From the NCBI GenBank assembly GCA_964291215.2, contig OZ219790.1, forward strand, positions 1,056,001 to 1,120,000: DNA of 64,000 bases, in the 5' to 3' direction. Below the pieces are notes generated by a model that saw nothing but the letters and a program-made list of their open reading frames with translations, was not told the DNA's origin and did not search any database. Every line of letters starts with the position of its first letter. Position 1 is the first letter of the stretch. A program made the translations under genes and the position numbers. This document shows, piece after piece, positions 1 to 12,702 of the stretch. The stretch comes from Alphaproteobacteria bacterium (GTDB lineage Bacteria > Pseudomonadota > Alphaproteobacteria > MPNO01 > UBA830).

Positions 1-274
1 GCCGCGGATTCGGCAGGCGTGCAAGCAACTCGGGAGGGGATGCTTCCCGCAGCCGATGGCCAGGATCACCGGTGAAAAGAGCGGCATCCAGCGGAAAGGG
101 CTTGATGGCTGTCGACCGGCGGTCGGAGGATGCAGCCTTCCCCGTTCCTTCCGGAAGCCATTGGCATCCTTGCCGCCCGATCTCCGACACGCTATGTCAC
201 GGCTTCCGGTCGACGGCTTGGCGCTTCGGTGAAATCGCTCGGCCTCGCTCATGCTGCGCGGGAGTCTATGGCGC

Positions 275-1024
275 ATGGAACTGGGACTTGAGGGAAAGGG
301 CGTCATCGTGACCGGCGCCAGCAAGGGCATCGGTCGGGCCATCGCCAACGGTTTTGCACGCGAGGGCGCCCGGGTCTCGATCTGCGCACGCGGAGAAGCG
401 GCCTTGGCCGAAGCGGCTTCGCGGATCGAGGCCGATGGTGGGCAAGTGCACCACGCGGTCTGCGATGTGGCCGACGCGGCCGCGCTCCAGGACTATGTCG
501 CCCGGGCCCATGCGGCGCTCGGGAAAATTCATGTCCTCGTCAACAACCCGTCCGGCTTCGGTCGAGTCGACAACGAAGAGGGATGGCGCCTCGCGATCGA
601 AGTCGACCTGATGGCAAGCGTGCGGGCAAGCTGGCACACGGTACCGCTGATAGCCGAATCCGGCGGAGGCGCCATCATTCACATCTCGTCGATTTCCGGG
701 CTGACCGAAAGCGTCAGGACACCACCCTACGGCGCCATCAAGGCCGCGCTCAACCAGTACACCAGGACTCAGGCGCTCGACCTCGCGGCCCGCGGCATCC
801 GTGTCAACGCCATCGCACCGGGTTCGATAGAATTTCCGGGCGGCGTCTGGGACCAGGCGCGCAGGGAAAACCCGGAACTTTATGACAGCATCAGGGCGAG
901 CATACCTTCGGGCCGCCTCGGAGCTACCGACGAAGTCGCATCCCTCGCCGTGTTCCTGGGCTCGGACGCCGGACGCTGGATCACCGGCCAGACAATCGCC
1001 GTCGACGGCGGCCAGATGCTGTAA
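275..1024 (+). CDS. SDR family oxidoreductase (FabG-like)
   Basis: TGASKGIG NAD(P)-binding motif, YGAIK catalytic YxxxK, C-terminal ITGQTIAVDGG; start at MELGLEGK. Confidence 0.9.
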   Translation: MELGLEGKGVIVTGASKGIGRAIANGFAREGARVSICARGEAALAEAASRIEADGGQVHHAVCDVADAAALQDYVARAHAALGKIHVLVNNPSGFGRVDNEEGWRLAIEVDLMASVRASWHTVPLIAESGGGAIIHISSISGLTESVRTPPYGAIKAALNQYTRTQALDLAARGIRVNAIAPGSIEFPGGVWDQARRENPELYDSIRASIPSGRLGATDEVASLAVFLGSDAGRWITGQTIAVDGGQML

Positions 1025-1181
1025 TCCCCTTCCGCCACCGCCTTCTCCCAACCTGCCGATCCAGCGCCGAGCAAGCCTCCAGATGCGGGATCTCGGCTGG
1101 TTGTCACCCGCACGGTGCATTGCAGCGCATCGGTGAGTGCCGTCAGGAAACACACGGCCGGTGTGCGAATCGCGCTCCGGG

Positions 1182-3548
1182 TCAGCCGGCATCGCACCGG
1201 GACGCACCGTCCACACTACCGCCAGAAAGCACCGAATGCGGGCGCGGCGCTGCCGCCTGTCTGAGAGTTTTCCACTCGTCGCGGTCGCGCGCGCCGAGGC
1301 GCATGGACTGCTCGCGTGCGGATTCGTACTGCTTCGGCCAGCGTTGCCCCTCGTGCCCGTACCACGCCGCGGCCTGCAAGGTGAAATGGGGATTGGTCAG
1401 ATGGGGCCGGGCCAGGCAGGCAAGATCGGCCCGGCCCGCAGCAAGGATGGTGTTGACCTGATCCCAGGTGGTGATGTTGCCGACCGCCATGGTCGGGATC
1501 CGGGCTTCGTTCCGGATACGGTCCGAGAACGGCGTCTGGAACATCCTGCCATAGACGGGACGAGCATCCGGCGTCGTCTGTCCCGCGGAAACATCGATGA
1601 TGTCGCAACCATGGTCGCGCAGCGCACGCGCCATCTCGACCGCGTCAGCCGACGTGACCCCCCTGTCTCCGACCCAGTCGGTTGCCGAGATCCGCACCGA
1701 CAACGGTCTCGCTTCGGGCCAGACTGCACGCACGGCATCGAAGACTTCCAGCGGCCAGCGCATGCGATTGGCGAGCGATCCGCCGAAGGCATCGTCCCGC
1801 CAATTGGCAAGCGGCGTGAGAAAACTCGAAAGCAGATAGCCGTGCGCCATGTGCAGTTCGAGCATGTCAGCTCCGGCATCGAACGCCATGCGGGCCGCGG
1901 ACTCGAACTGCGCGGTGACGGCGTCCATGTCGGCGCGCGTCATCTCGCGGGGAACATGCATGTGCTCCGCGTGCGCAAGCGGCGAAGGGCCGATCACCTC
2001 CCAGTTTCCTTCTGGCAGCGGCAGGTCCATGCCGTCCCACGCGACACGGGTCGATCCCTTGCGCCCGCAATGGCCGATCTGGATGGCGAATTTCGCATCG
2101 GACGAACCGTGTACATGGTCGGCGATCCGCTTCCACGCGGCGATGTGTTCCGCCTTGTAGAGGCCGCCGCATCCGGGCGTGATGCGGCCGTCCCTCGAAA
2201 CACACGTCATTTCCGAGAAGATCAGCCCGGCACCGCCATGCGCGAGCGCCCCGAAATGCACGAAGTGGAAGTCCCCGATGGTGCCGTCCTCGGCCGAATA
2301 CATATCCATAGGAGAGACGACAACGCGGTTCTCCAGCGACATGTCGCGAAGCTGGAAGGGCACGAACATGGGTGGCGGCGCGGCAGCGCGTGTTCCGGAA
2401 TCGGCATGCCCCGCTTCCGCGGCAAACCAGCTTTCGACCTCGCTCACGAAGCGGGCGTCGCGCAGGCGCAGAGTCTCGTGGGTTACTGCCTTCGCCCGGG
2501 TGAGCATCGAATAGGTCGCCTGAATCGGCGCGAAACCAGCGTAGCGCCGCGGATCCTCGGTCCAGACGACGCTGACGTCTCCCGCATGCTGCGTCGCCCC
2601 GACCTCCGCCCGGCGCATCTCTTCGAAACGCGGCAACGCGTCGGCGACGGTGCCGGTCTCGACCAAGGCATCGGTCAGCGCGATGGCATCTTCCATCGCA
2701 AGCTTGGTGCCGGAGCCGATCGAATAGTGCGCGGTATGCAGGGCGTCCCCAATGAGCACGATATTGTCGCGATACCAGCGTTCACAGCGGATCACCGAAA
2801 AGCGCCGCCATATCGACCGGTTGGCGTAGAGCCGGTGGCCGTCGAGATAATCGTTCCAGAGTCTCTCCATCCACGCGACCAACCTGTCCCCATCGAGATG
2901 CGCTACCTCGTGACGCGCACTCTCCCACGTCTCCTCGGGCGCCTCGACGATCCAGGTCGCCATGCGATCGCTGTACTGGTATTCGCCGAGCACCCAGATC
3001 CCGTGCCGGTCCTCGGCCCATTGAAAGGTGAATGCAGGGCACGGCTTGTCGCTTCCCATCCAGGCGAAATGATTGCGCCTGAGGTCGAACGAGGGCTGGA
3101 AATGATCCTTGTATGCTTCACGGATGCCGCTGTTGATGCCATCCGCACCGACCACCAGGTCGACGCCCTCCAGACTTGACGGGTCCGGCGCCTCGGTCTC
3201 GAAGTGAAGCTCGACACCGACCTCACGGCAGCGACGCTGCAGGATGCGCAGCAGTTCGACCCGTCCGCAACCGCAGAAACCGTGCCCTCCGGTACGCACG
3301 ACCTGGCCGCCCCAATGCATGTCGATCTCGTCCCAATAGGCGAAGACATTCATGATCGCCGCATGGCTCTCGGGATCGCGGTCGAGAAAATTGCCGAGCG
3401 TCTCGTCGGAAAACACGACACCGAAACCGAACGTGTCATCGGCGCGATTGCGTTCATAGAGTCGGACACGAGCTGCAGGAATCGCCTTCTTCATCAGGAG
3501 CGCACAATAAAGCCCGCCCGGGCCGCCACCCGCGATCACGATGTCCAT
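1182..3548 (-). CDS. Bifunctional salicylyl-CoA 5-hydroxylase / 2-aminobenzoyl-CoA monooxygenase-reductase (FAD monooxygenase fused to OYE-type flavin reductase)
   Basis: N-terminal [44 protein letters not shown]; C-terminal OYE domain [24 protein letters not shown]; start at MDIVIAGG. Confidence 0.9.
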   Translation of the reverse strand: MDIVIAGGGPGGLYCALLMKKAIPAARVRLYERNRADDTFGFGVVFSDETLGNFLDRDPESHAAIMNVFAYWDEIDMHWGGQVVRTGGHGFCGCGRVELLRILQRRCREVGVELHFETEAPDPSSLEGVDLVVGADGINSGIREAYKDHFQPSFDLRRNHFAWMGSDKPCPAFTFQWAEDRHGIWVLGEYQYSDRMATWIVEAPEETWESARHEVAHLDGDRLVAWMERLWNDYLDGHRLYANRSIWRRFSVIRCERWYRDNIVLIGDALHTAHYSIGSGTKLAMEDAIALTDALVETGTVADALPRFEEMRRAEVGATQHAGDVSVVWTEDPRRYAGFAPIQATYSMLTRAKAVTHETLRLRDARFVSEVESWFAAEAGHADSGTRAAAPPPMFVPFQLRDMSLENRVVVSPMDMYSAEDGTIGDFHFVHFGALAHGGAGLIFSEMTCVSRDGRITPGCGGLYKAEHIAAWKRIADHVHGSSDAKFAIQIGHCGRKGSTRVAWDGMDLPLPEGNWEVIGPSPLAHAEHMHVPREMTRADMDAVTAQFESAARMAFDAGADMLELHMAHGYLLSSFLTPLANWRDDAFGGSLANRMRWPLEVFDAVRAVWPEARPLSVRISATDWVGDRGVTSADAVEMARALRDHGCDIIDVSAGQTTPDARPVYGRMFQTPFSDRIRNEARIPTMAVGNITTWDQVNTILAAGRADLACLARPHLTNPHFTLQAAAWYGHEGQRWPKQYESAREQSMRLGARDRDEWKTLRQAAAPRPHSVLSGGSVDGASRCDAG

Positions 3549-3663
3549 TGCCTGCCCCCGCCAGAATTGCGCCGCTGGTCCGGCGTTACTATTGTTGTCC
3601 GCAAATGCAGGATACCGCCTGCCCGTTCCGTGTGAAGAGACGGGACCGTACCTCAAAAGAGCG

Positions 3664-4989
3664 ATGCCGGAACCATCTGAATACCAGCCGGACAGGACCC
3701 TGCCAGCCTCGCGCGAGCACATCGCCCGCATCCAGAGCGCGCGCAAGCGCGTCCAGTTCGCGCACGCCCGCAAGGCGCGATGGTACCGGGGCAGGCTGGA
3801 CGACATCGATCCCGAGCGGCTGGACGATCCGGATCAGTGGGCAAGGATCCCGATCATCGACAAGGACACGTTGCGGCAGTGGAACCATGACGAGTTTCTG
3901 CAACAGATCAGCATTGCGGAGTTCGGAGAGATCTCGGAGTACTGGCGCTCCGGCGGCTCCACCGGCCGCCCCGTATTCTATCCCCGCACCTTCGAGGACG
4001 TGACGTACGGCCTTCTCTCCTGGGGCCGCTCCTTTCCGTGCATCGGCATCAGTACCGGCGACCTGTGCCATATCTCGTTTCCGATCGGGCTCCATCCCGC
4101 CGGCCAGATCTGGGCGCGGAGCGCGCACGATTACGGAATTGGCATGAGCTGGATCGGTTCCGGCGCTGCGGTCCCGTCGGCCACGCAGATCGAGCTCATC
4201 TCGGTGCTGCGGCCGACCGTGCTCATTGCCATGCCCAGCTTCGCGCTGCATCTCGCCAACCTGGCGGACGCCGAAGGCATCGACCTCGCCGCCAGCACCG
4301 TCACAAGGATTATCACCTCGGCCGAAACGCTGTCCGAAGCGAAGCGCCGCAAGCTCGAGCAAATGTGGGGCGCCGAAGTCTTCGACGTGTTCGGCATGTC
4401 GGAATCCGGCCTGATGGGAGCCGAAGGGCCGGCCCATGACGGCATCCACATCTGGACCGACATGTTCCATATCGAGGTCGTCGATCCCGAAAGCGGACGG
4501 GAAGTGCCGCACGGAGAAACCGGGACGTTGTGCGTGACCCCGCTCTTTACCGGCCACGCAACGCCGTTCCTGCGCTGGAATTCCGGGGATATCGTCTCGT
4601 ATGTCGATCGCGGCGGGAGCGGCACACGGGAGGCGGAGCTGTTTCCCATGATCCGGCACAGCCGCCGGACGACCGGATTCTTCAAGATCCGCGGCGTCAA
4701 CGTGAACCATGCCGAGTTCGAGGACCACATGTTTTCCATTGCAGGCGTCGGCGACTTTCAGGGCGTGCTGTCGACCGGCCCCAGCGGCCTGGAATTCCTG
4801 ACGGTGCGGACGGAAGCGAGGCGGGGCCAGGATCCCGAACCGCTGGCGCGGGAACTGGTGGCCGGAATCCGGCGCAGTTTCGAGATCACGCCGCAGGTCG
4901 AGATACTGGAAACCGGGACGCTTGCCCGGGCATTCGAAAACACGATCAAGGCGTCCCGCTTTGTCGACGAGCGCGAGCAGACGCGCTGA
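3664..4989 (+). CDS. Phenylacetate-CoA ligase family (PaaK-like) AMP-forming ligase
   Basis: [10 protein letters not shown]-loop, SAETLSE, DVFGMSE, KIRGVNV motifs. Confidence 0.85.
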   Translation: MPEPSEYQPDRTLPASREHIARIQSARKRVQFAHARKARWYRGRLDDIDPERLDDPDQWARIPIIDKDTLRQWNHDEFLQQISIAEFGEISEYWRSGGSTGRPVFYPRTFEDVTYGLLSWGRSFPCIGISTGDLCHISFPIGLHPAGQIWARSAHDYGIGMSWIGSGAAVPSATQIELISVLRPTVLIAMPSFALHLANLADAEGIDLAASTVTRIITSAETLSEAKRRKLEQMWGAEVFDVFGMSESGLMGAEGPAHDGIHIWTDMFHIEVVDPESGREVPHGETGTLCVTPLFTGHATPFLRWNSGDIVSYVDRGGSGTREAELFPMIRHSRRTTGFFKIRGVNVNHAEFEDHMFSIAGVGDFQGVLSTGPSGLEFLTVRTEARRGQDPEPLARELVAGIRRSFEITPQVEILETGTLARAFENTIKASRFVDEREQTR

Positions 4990-5071
4990 CAGCGGACGGA
5001 TTCGGCCAGCATACAGCGCCAGGGCGGCAGTTGCCGGATCGTCATCCCTTGTAGCAGCAGGTTCGCCGGCG

Positions 5072-5776
5072 TCAGGATGGCCTGCGAGGCCTCCTCACAT
5101 AGCGGAGGAAGGTACTGGCGCGCCCGGCCGCCGCGGCCTTCCGTTCGTAACGGGTCGGCGGCCAGTCGGCTGTCCGGTTCCCCCGGTCCGCCCCGGATAT
5201 CTCCGCAAAGGCCTCGTGGCCGTCGACATGATCCAGGATCCACTCGAGATAGCCTGGGTCATCAGTAGCCATCCGCAGCTCGGAACCGTCGCCCATGATG
5301 CGGGCAAGATGTGACAGTACCGGCCCCGAGACGATGCGGCGCTTGTGATGGCGCGCCTTCGGCCAAGGATCGGGAAACAGGATGAAGACGCGGCCTATCG
5401 AGGCCTCCGGCAACTCGGCAAGGAGGAGTCTCGCATCATCGCGGAAGAGGCGGATATTGCTGATGTTCCGCGTCTCGACCTCGGCGAGAAGTCTTGCCAC
5501 GCCGTTCACGAACGGCTCGCATCCGATCATGCCGATGCCGGGATTCCGTGACGCCTGCCAAGCGAGATGCTCGCCGCCGCCGAACCCGATCTCGAGCCAG
5601 ATATCGTCGACCTCGGAAGAAAATAGCGCCGCCGGCGCAACCGGCTCGCCCGGCGTCAACCGGATGTCAAGCGCCGGCAGCAGGCCGGCAACGAGTTCGC
5701 GCTGGCCGGAGCGGAGCCGCCTGCCACGGCGGCGGCCGTATAGTATCCGGCGGCGCGGGCGTGGCCCGTCGCTCAC
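5072..5776 (-). CDS. trmB: tRNA (guanine-N7)-methyltransferase
   Basis: [38 protein letters not shown]; GTG start overlaps metK stop. Confidence 0.93.
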   Translation of the reverse strand: MSDGPRPRRRILYGRRRGRRLRSGQRELVAGLLPALDIRLTPGEPVAPAALFSSEVDDIWLEIGFGGGEHLAWQASRNPGIGMIGCEPFVNGVARLLAEVETRNISNIRLFRDDARLLLAELPEASIGRVFILFPDPWPKARHHKRRIVSGPVLSHLARIMGDGSELRMATDDPGYLEWILDHVDGHEAFAEISGADRGNRTADWPPTRYERKAAAAGRASTFLRYVRRPRRPS

Positions 5777-6945
5777 GCGAGCGCGGATCGCAGGTCGTCG
5801 ACGAGATCCGTCCGCTCCCACGAGAACCCGCCGTCCTCGTCGGGCTCGCGCCCGAAATGGCCATAGGCTGCGGTGCGTCCGTAGATCGGGCGGCTAAGAC
5901 CCAGGCGCTCTCGAATTCCCCGGGGCGAGAGATCGACGACATCGCCCTTCCGGATCACGTCGGCGAGGCGATCCTCGTCGACGGTCGCCGTCCCGCAGGT
6001 GTCAACGTAGACCGAGAGCGGTTTGGATACCCCGATGGCATAGGAGACCTGAATAACGCATTTGTCGGCGAGGCCGGCCGCAACGACATTCTTGGCGACC
6101 CATCTCGCGGCATAGGCTGCCGAACGGTCGACCTTGCTCGGATCCTTGCCGGAAAACGCGCCGCCACCATGCGGCGCTGCGCCGCCATAGGTGTCGACGA
6201 TGATCTTGCGTCCGGTGAGTCCGCAGTCACCGTCCGGGCCGCCGATGACGAAGCGACCGGTGGGGTTGACGTAGAATTCCTCCTCGCCGCACATCCAGCC
6301 GTCGGGCAGAACCTTCTCGACATGGGGGCGGACGATCTCGCGCACCTGGTCCGCATCCAGATCTTCGTCATGCTGCGTCGACACAACCACCGATTTCGCC
6401 CGCTTCGGCATGCCATCCTCGTATTCGAGCGTCACCTGGCTCTTCGAATCGGGTCCAAGGCCGGGTTCGGCACCGCCATGCCGGGCCTCGGCAAGCGAGC
6501 CCAGAATCCTGTGGGCGTAATGAAGCGGGGCCGGCATCAGCGTGTCCGTCTCGTTGCACGCGTAGCCGAACATCAGGCCCTGGTCTCCCGCGCCTTCGTC
6601 CTTGTTGCCCGCGGCATCGACTCCGATCGCTATGTCGCCGGACTGCCGGTGCAAATGATTCTCGAAACTCGCCTCCTCCCAGTGAAACCCGTCTTGCTCG
6701 TATCCGATGTCCCTGACGGCGTCGCGCACCAGCCCCTCCAGCGCCGAGGATACCGATTCGGGTCCCCGGATTTCTCCGGCGATGACGATCCGGTTGGTCG
6801 TCGTCAGCGTCTCGCATGCCACCCTGGCCAACGGATCGGCAGCGAGATAGGCGTCGACGACAACATCCGAAATCCGGTCGGAGACCTTGTCGGGATGTCC
6901 CTCGGATACCGATTCGCTGGTAAAGAGAAAGTTGCCTCGTGTCAC
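5773..6945 (-). CDS. metK: S-adenosylmethionine synthetase
   Basis: [41 protein letters not shown]. Confidence 0.98.
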   Translation of the reverse strand: MTRGNFLFTSESVSEGHPDKVSDRISDVVVDAYLAADPLARVACETLTTTNRIVIAGEIRGPESVSSALEGLVRDAVRDIGYEQDGFHWEEASFENHLHRQSGDIAIGVDAAGNKDEGAGDQGLMFGYACNETDTLMPAPLHYAHRILGSLAEARHGGAEPGLGPDSKSQVTLEYEDGMPKRAKSVVVSTQHDEDLDADQVREIVRPHVEKVLPDGWMCGEEEFYVNPTGRFVIGGPDGDCGLTGRKIIVDTYGGAAPHGGGAFSGKDPSKVDRSAAYAARWVAKNVVAAGLADKCVIQVSYAIGVSKPLSVYVDTCGTATVDEDRLADVIRKGDVVDLSPRGIRERLGLSRPIYGRTAAYGHFGREPDEDGGFSWERTDLVDDLRSALA

Positions 6946-7055
6946 TGAAGATCTCCCGGCGGCGCGTTATCACAGCATGACCGGGAGTTCCGGACACACA
7001 TCGCCACCGCAGGACCGTTGCGCCGCCCGGCTTCGGTCACGGAGACCCGGCTTCG

Positions 7056-8663
7056 TCATCCGCCAAGCCGAAGGCAGCCCCCTGCCCTGTTCCCGGCCCG
7101 GCGCCGGTACATAACCAAAACCCCGCCGAAAATCAAAATCACCGCGGCTGCTGCCGGAATGTTCCCGAATCGCGCATAGAGAGTCTGCCCAACAGCCGGC
7201 CCCGGCAGCGGGGCATCGATCACGCCGCGCTCTCCGAGGGAGAGCCGATTCGCGACGCGGCCGTAGGCGTCGACAACACCGGAAATCCCTGTATTGGCCG
7301 CACGCACCAGCGGCAGCCCCTCCTCGACAGCGCGCATGCGCGCGGCCGCAAAATGCTGATAGGGTCCACTGCTGTAACCGAACCACGCATCGTTGGTCAC
7401 GTTCAAAAGCCACCGCGGACGTTCTCCGGAAGCGACGACAGCGCCGGGAAAGATCACCTCGTAGCAGATCAGCGGGCTGAACGGCGGCAGCCCCTGCAGA
7501 TCCAGCGTCCGCGGACCCGGACCGGCCGAAAAATCTATCCGCCCGGGGGTCAGCTTGGCCAGCGGCAATATGCCGCGCAGCGGCACGTACTCCCCGAGCG
7601 GAACCAGATGATGCTTGTCGTAGACTCCGGCCAGGCCGCCATCGTGATCCACGGCGATGACGCTGTTCCAGGCTGCGGTCGCCCGCCCGCCCGGACCGCG
7701 GCGCACTCTCACCGCGCCGGTCACCAGCAGGCCGCCCCTCGGCACGACCGCCCGGACGAGAGGCCGGTTCCGCGGATCGGCCAGCATCGACAGTCGGACC
7801 GCAGCCTCCGGCCAGATCACATGGGTCGCGCCGCCGCCGGCTTGCTCCATGCTCATCAGGGCGAGACGGCGGAGTCCGGCCTGCCGGCGGTCGCTGCGAA
7901 TCTTGTCGCGCTGGTCGACATTGGGCTGGACGATGCGCAGGCGGACCTCCGGCACCGTCCCGTCCGGCGCCGTCGCAAGGCGGACGGCGCCCGCCGCGCC
8001 GAATGCCGCCAGCAGGAGGACTCCGGAAACCGCGGCGGGCCATCTCAGGCGGCCCGGCGCGGCGAGCGCGCCAAACGCGGCGGCTGCATAGACGGTGACC
8101 ATCGATAACCCGTAAACTCCGATCCATGCCGCCGCCTGAAGAACCGGTGGAACCGCGACCCAGACGGTCCCGACGGAGTTCCAGGGAAAGCCGGTCAGCA
8201 CCCAGCCCCGCAACCATTCGAACATGGCCCACGCCGCCGCCAACAGGCAAATCCGCATGATCCCCGACGGCCAAAAACGATGTGCCACGAGGGTTGCCAT
8301 GCCGATAAAGAGCGCGAGGGCGCAGGACAGGCCGAGAACCACCGCCGGTATCATCCAGGCGAACCGAGCGGCCTCGACAAGGAAGGCATTGGCCACCCAG
8401 TACAGGCCGGCTGCGAAATAACCGACACCGAACAGCCAGCCGTCAAGAAACGCCCTGCGGCGGCTGTCGGCACCGTCAAGAAGCCATACCAGCCCGGCAA
8501 AGGCGACGACGAGGCCCGGCAGGACATGCAGCGGTGCCTGCGCGGCAACCGCAGGGACGCCGAGCCCGGCCGCCGTCAGCCAGCGCCGCCAGCCCCGAAG
8601 ATCCCCGACGCGCCGGGCGAGAAACCCGATGCGGCCGACCGCCGGCCCCGAATCAGCAGCCAT
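7056..8663 (-). CDS. lnt: Apolipoprotein N-acyltransferase
   Basis: TM N-terminus, GFPWN, VQPN, WPE, YDKHHLVPLGEY, ICYE, NDAWFG, RAANTGIS. Confidence 0.95.
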   Translation of the reverse strand: MAADSGPAVGRIGFLARRVGDLRGWRRWLTAAGLGVPAVAAQAPLHVLPGLVVAFAGLVWLLDGADSRRRAFLDGWLFGVGYFAAGLYWVANAFLVEAARFAWMIPAVVLGLSCALALFIGMATLVAHRFWPSGIMRICLLAAAWAMFEWLRGWVLTGFPWNSVGTVWVAVPPVLQAAAWIGVYGLSMVTVYAAAAFGALAAPGRLRWPAAVSGVLLLAAFGAAGAVRLATAPDGTVPEVRLRIVQPNVDQRDKIRSDRRQAGLRRLALMSMEQAGGGATHVIWPEAAVRLSMLADPRNRPLVRAVVPRGGLLVTGAVRVRRGPGGRATAAWNSVIAVDHDGGLAGVYDKHHLVPLGEYVPLRGILPLAKLTPGRIDFSAGPGPRTLDLQGLPPFSPLICYEVIFPGAVVASGERPRWLLNVTNDAWFGYSSGPYQHFAAARMRAVEEGLPLVRAANTGISGVVDAYGRVANRLSLGERGVIDAPLPGPAVGQTLYARFGNIPAAAAVILIFGGVLVMYRRRAGNRAGGCLRLGG

Positions 8664-9564
8664 CCGCGGCCGCGGCGTTCGGAACCCCGGTGGCCCGCAT
8701 GCGGCGGATACGGCGCGGATCGGCGTCGAGAATCTCGAACTCGATTCCCGACTGGTGGCGGACGATCTCGCCGCGTCGCGGCACGTGGCCGGCCAGATAG
8801 AACACGAGCCCGCCCAACGTGTGGAAATCCTCGGTCCGTTCGTCGTCGGTCAGGAACGCCCCGGCCTCGTCCTCGAAATCGGCGATTTCCACCCGGGCAT
8901 CGACATCGATCATGTCGCTGCCGCGACGAATTAGGCGCGGACGGTTCTCGTCGTCGTGCTCGTCCTCGATCTCGCCCACGATTTCCTCGACCAGGTCCTC
9001 GATGGTCACGAGACCGTCGATGCCGCCGAACTCGTCGACCACTAGCGCCATGTGAACCCGCTTCACCCGCATCTGCAGCAGCAATTCCAGCACCGGCATC
9101 GACGGCGCCACGAAAAGGAGTTCGCGTATGATCGCCGTGACGTCACCCGGTTGATTGCCGTTGCGGCCGGCAAGGAGGTCCTTGATGTGGATCATGCCGA
9201 TGACATCGTCCAGCCTGTCCCTGTAGACCGGCAGCCGCGAATGCCCACAATCGCTCATCAGCCCTCCGACCTCATCGAGGGACGAATCCATGGCGACCGC
9301 CACGATGTCCGCCCGTGGCACCATGACGTCGTCCACGGTGACGTCGCGGATGCTGAGGACATTACGGAGAAGTACCAGTTCCTCGGCATATTTCGCCTGC
9401 GGCGAGTCCTCCTGCTCGATCAGCTCCTCGATGGTGTCGCGAAGATCGTCGCTGCCGTTGCGTGATCGGAACAGCATGCGCAAGGCATCGCGGAAACGCG
9501 GCGTCCGGTCGCCCGAACCGTCACGCTGGCCGCCGCGCCGCTGGCCGCCGGGACCGGGTTTCAT
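8653..9564 (-). CDS. corC: CBS/CorC hemolysin-family Mg/Co efflux protein (CorC/YbeX)
   Basis: DVMVPRADI, HSRLPVY, VVDEFGGIDGLVTIEDLVEEIVGEIEDEHD; conserved position between ybeY and lnt. Confidence 0.88.
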   Translation of the reverse strand: MKPGPGGQRRGGQRDGSGDRTPRFRDALRMLFRSRNGSDDLRDTIEELIEQEDSPQAKYAEELVLLRNVLSIRDVTVDDVMVPRADIVAVAMDSSLDEVGGLMSDCGHSRLPVYRDRLDDVIGMIHIKDLLAGRNGNQPGDVTAIIRELLFVAPSMPVLELLLQMRVKRVHMALVVDEFGGIDGLVTIEDLVEEIVGEIEDEHDDENRPRLIRRGSDMIDVDARVEIADFEDEAGAFLTDDERTEDFHTLGGLVFYLAGHVPRRGEIVRHQSGIEFEILDADPRRIRRMRATGVPNAAAADGC

Positions 9565-10076
9565 GCCGGTTCGCGCCGCATCGGCGCCCCCTGGTCGCCA
9601 TACGGGTCAGCGATGCCGAGCGCGCCCAGCGCCCGCGCCTCGCGCCGCTCCATCTCCCGCGCCTCGTGATCGGTCTCGTGATCGTGACCGAGAAGATGCA
9701 GGATGCCGTGAACCATCATGTGGCTGACATGATCGGCGAGCGTCATCCCGTCATTCCGCGCCTCTCTCGTCAGGGTTCCGAAGGCAAGCGCGATGTCGCC
9801 GAGGAAGCCGCCGCGGGCACCCGGCGCCGCCCTGTCGACGGCAGGGAACGAGAGTACGTTGGTCGCCCGTGCCCGGCCCCGCCAGCGGGTGTTCAGCCGT
9901 GCCATCTCGTCGTCGCTAGTCAGCAGGACACTCACCTCGACCCGGGTGTCCTGCAGGCCGGCTTCTGCGAGCGCCGCCGCCGCCGCCGCCCGGACCACCG
10001 CCGCAACCTCCAGTTCGGGATCGCGCCACGAATCGTCGTCGATCCTGAGATCGACTACCGGTACGATGTCAGGCAT
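9561..10076 (-). CDS. ybeY: rRNA maturation RNase YbeY
   Basis: ATNVLSFP, LGDI, HGILHLLGHDH zinc motif. Confidence 0.93.
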   Translation of the reverse strand: MPDIVPVVDLRIDDDSWRDPELEVAAVVRAAAAAALAEAGLQDTRVEVSVLLTSDDEMARLNTRWRGRARATNVLSFPAVDRAAPGARGGFLGDIALAFGTLTREARNDGMTLADHVSHMMVHGILHLLGHDHETDHEAREMERREARALGALGIADPYGDQGAPMRREPA

Positions 10077-11076
10077 TTCCCTCACGATCGCTGCCGTCCG
10101 CATCATAAGCCTCGACAATCCGCGACACGAGTTCGTGACGGACGATGTCGCCGGTGCCGAAACGGGTCGTCGCAACGCCAGCCATCCCGTCGAGCGTCCT
10201 GACCGCATGATGAAGTCCAGAAACCGCTCCGGTCGGAAGATCGACCTGACCGAGATCGCCGGTAACCACCATGCGTGCGTTCTCGCCAAGCCTGGTCAGG
10301 AACATCTTCATCTGCACGACGGTCGTGTTCTGCGCCTCGTCGAGGATCACGAATGCGTTGGACAGGGTACGGCCGCGCATGAAGGCAAGCGGCGCAACCT
10401 CGATCTGTCCGCTCTCGAGGCGACGATCCACCTGGTCGGGACCCATGACGTCATAGAGTGCATCATAAAGCGGCCGCAGATAGGGGTCGATCTTGTCGCG
10501 CATGTCGCCGGGAAGGAAACCGAGCCGCTCGCCCGCCTCGATCGCCGGGCGGGACAGTACCAGCCGGTCAACGCGGCCGGAAACCAGGAACGACACGGCC
10601 ATGCCGACGGCGAGGTAGGTCTTGCCGGTCCCCGCAGGGCCGACCCCGAACACCAGCTCGTTTTCGCGCAGGGTCCGCAGATAGTGCGCCTGACCCGGCG
10701 AGCGCGGGGAAATTCGCCGCTTCGGCGTGCGAATCCCGATCTCGGCGTCAAACAGCGGTGGTTCCTCGTCGGCGTCGTATTGGCCGGCGCTGCGTGCGAG
10801 ACGGATCGCGGCGTCGACTTCCGCGATGTCGATCTCCTCTCCCCCGGTCAGACGAACATAGAGCGCCTGAAGGGCCTTGCCGGCAGCCGCCACCATCGAC
10901 GGCGCGCCGGATATCGTGACGCTGTTGCCGCGCGAGGAAATCGACACGCCCAACCCCTGCTCCACGCGTGCAAGATGGCGCCCGAAGTCGCCAAACAGCA
11001 TGGGCAGGAGCCGATTATCATCGAATTCGAGAAACAACGGCTTCGCGACGCCGTTCGATGTCAGGCCCGGTCTCAA
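10069..11076 (-). CDS. phoH: PhoH-family ATPase (YbeZ)
   Basis: [39 protein letters not shown]; TTG start overlapping miaB stop inferred. Confidence 0.93.
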   Translation of the reverse strand: MRPGLTSNGVAKPLFLEFDDNRLLPMLFGDFGRHLARVEQGLGVSISSRGNSVTISGAPSMVAAAGKALQALYVRLTGGEEIDIAEVDAAIRLARSAGQYDADEEPPLFDAEIGIRTPKRRISPRSPGQAHYLRTLRENELVFGVGPAGTGKTYLAVGMAVSFLVSGRVDRLVLSRPAIEAGERLGFLPGDMRDKIDPYLRPLYDALYDVMGPDQVDRRLESGQIEVAPLAFMRGRTLSNAFVILDEAQNTTVVQMKMFLTRLGENARMVVTGDLGQVDLPTGAVSGLHHAVRTLDGMAGVATTRFGTGDIVRHELVSRIVEAYDADGSDREGNA

Positions 11077-12482
11077 GCAGCCGCCACCCCCGATGATGCT
11101 TCGCTCCCGGTGCCGACGACACCGGCGGCAAGCGAATTGGCGTGCCCGGCCGTGATCTCGACATCGATGACCCGCCCCATGGCCCCGTCGGCCTCGGCGG
11201 CGCTCGCAAAGTCCGTATGGACTGCCTGCATCCATGGGCTGCGCCCGGCAAGCTGCGATTTCCGGCGCCCGCGGCGGTCGAACAGCACCGGAACGCGGCG
11301 GCCGCGGAACCGGCGGTTGAAGCTGAGCTGCTGATCCGCGAGCAATGCCTGCAGCCGCTGCAGGCGTTCGCTCCTGACGTCCTCGTCGACCATCTCCTCC
11401 ATCGCCGCCGCCGGCGTCCCCGGCCGCGGGCTGAACATGAAGGAGTAGGCTTGCGCATATTCGACTCTCCGCACCAGATCCAGTGTCTTCTCGAAGTCCG
11501 CGTCGCTCTCCCCCGGATGGCCGGCGATGAAATCCGACGACAGCGCGATGTCCGGACGCGCCGCGCGAAGATCGTCGACGATGCGCAGATACTCGTCGGC
11601 CCGGTAGCGGCGGTTCATGGCCTCAAGAACCGCATCGGAACCGGACTGGACCGGCAGGTGAAGCCACGGCATGAGCTTGTCCACATCGCGATGCGCGGCA
11701 ACCAGATCGGCTGTCATGTCCCGGGGGTGCGATGTCGTGTAGCGCAGGCGCAACAGCCCGGGAATGTCAGCCATTCGCCGGATCAGTTCCGCAAGGCTGC
11801 ACTCGCGGCCATCGGCCAGCAGGCCGTGATAGGCATTGACGTTCTGGCCGAGCAGCGTGATATCCCGCGCGCCGCCAGCGACCAGCCTGCGGGCTTCGTC
11901 GAGTACTGCGTCGACCGGGCGCGAGTATTCGGCGCCGCGCGTATAGGGCACGACGCAGAAGGCGCAGAACCTGTCGCACCCCTCCTGGACGGTCAGGAAC
12001 GCGGAAGGCCCCTGGCCGCCGGACTCGGGCAGAAAATCGAACTTGGGTTCGGGCGGAAACTCGGTATCGACGATTCCGCGTCCTGCGCGCGCGCCGGCGC
12101 CCGCTGTCTGTTCCCGCGCGATACGGGCCAGCATCTCCGGAAGCCTGTGATAGGTCTGGGGGCCAAGCACCAGGTCGACATAGGGCGCCCGGCGCAGGAC
12201 TTCGCCGCCTTCGGCCTGGGCAACGCAACCTGCCACCCCGATCATGAAGCCGCTACGCCCGCCACCCGGCCGGTCACGCATGGCGCGCAGACGCCCGAGT
12301 TCCGAATACACCTTCTCGGCCGCCTTCTCGCGGATGTGACAGGTATTGAGAATGACAAGATCGGCATCTCGAGCATCGTCAACCCGACGATAGCCAAGCG
12401 GGGCCAGCACGTCCGCCATGCGGGTGGCGTCGTAGACGTTCATCTGGCAGCCGTAGCTCTTGATATGGACGTTCTTCGTCAA
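11073..12482 (-). CDS. miaB: tRNA-2-methylthio-N6-dimethylallyladenosine synthase
   Basis: [27 protein letters not shown] radical-SAM motif, TRAM domain; start approximate. Confidence 0.95.
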   Translation of the reverse strand: MTKNVHIKSYGCQMNVYDATRMADVLAPLGYRRVDDARDADLVILNTCHIREKAAEKVYSELGRLRAMRDRPGGGRSGFMIGVAGCVAQAEGGEVLRRAPYVDLVLGPQTYHRLPEMLARIAREQTAGAGARAGRGIVDTEFPPEPKFDFLPESGGQGPSAFLTVQEGCDRFCAFCVVPYTRGAEYSRPVDAVLDEARRLVAGGARDITLLGQNVNAYHGLLADGRECSLAELIRRMADIPGLLRLRYTTSHPRDMTADLVAAHRDVDKLMPWLHLPVQSGSDAVLEAMNRRYRADEYLRIVDDLRAARPDIALSSDFIAGHPGESDADFEKTLDLVRRVEYAQAYSFMFSPRPGTPAAAMEEMVDEDVRSERLQRLQALLADQQLSFNRRFRGRRVPVLFDRRGRRKSQLAGRSPWMQAVHTDFASAAEADGAMGRVIDVEITAGHANSLAAGVVGTGSEASSGVAAA

Positions 12483-12702
12483 GGGAGCATCACGCGCCGG
12501 TGCAACTTCTCCTCGCTGAATCCTGTCGGCGCTCACGAACCGGCTCCGCTTCGACGTTGCATCAGCGCTCGTCACCTCCGGTCCTTTCCCGCGACGCGTG
12601 ATCCCGGCAGCGGCGAATGCGGGATGGCATGCGGAAGAAACGGAATCTTCATCTAGCACAGTCGGAACGGCTGTCAAGGCGCTACCCGGCCGGATTCCCG
12701 GA

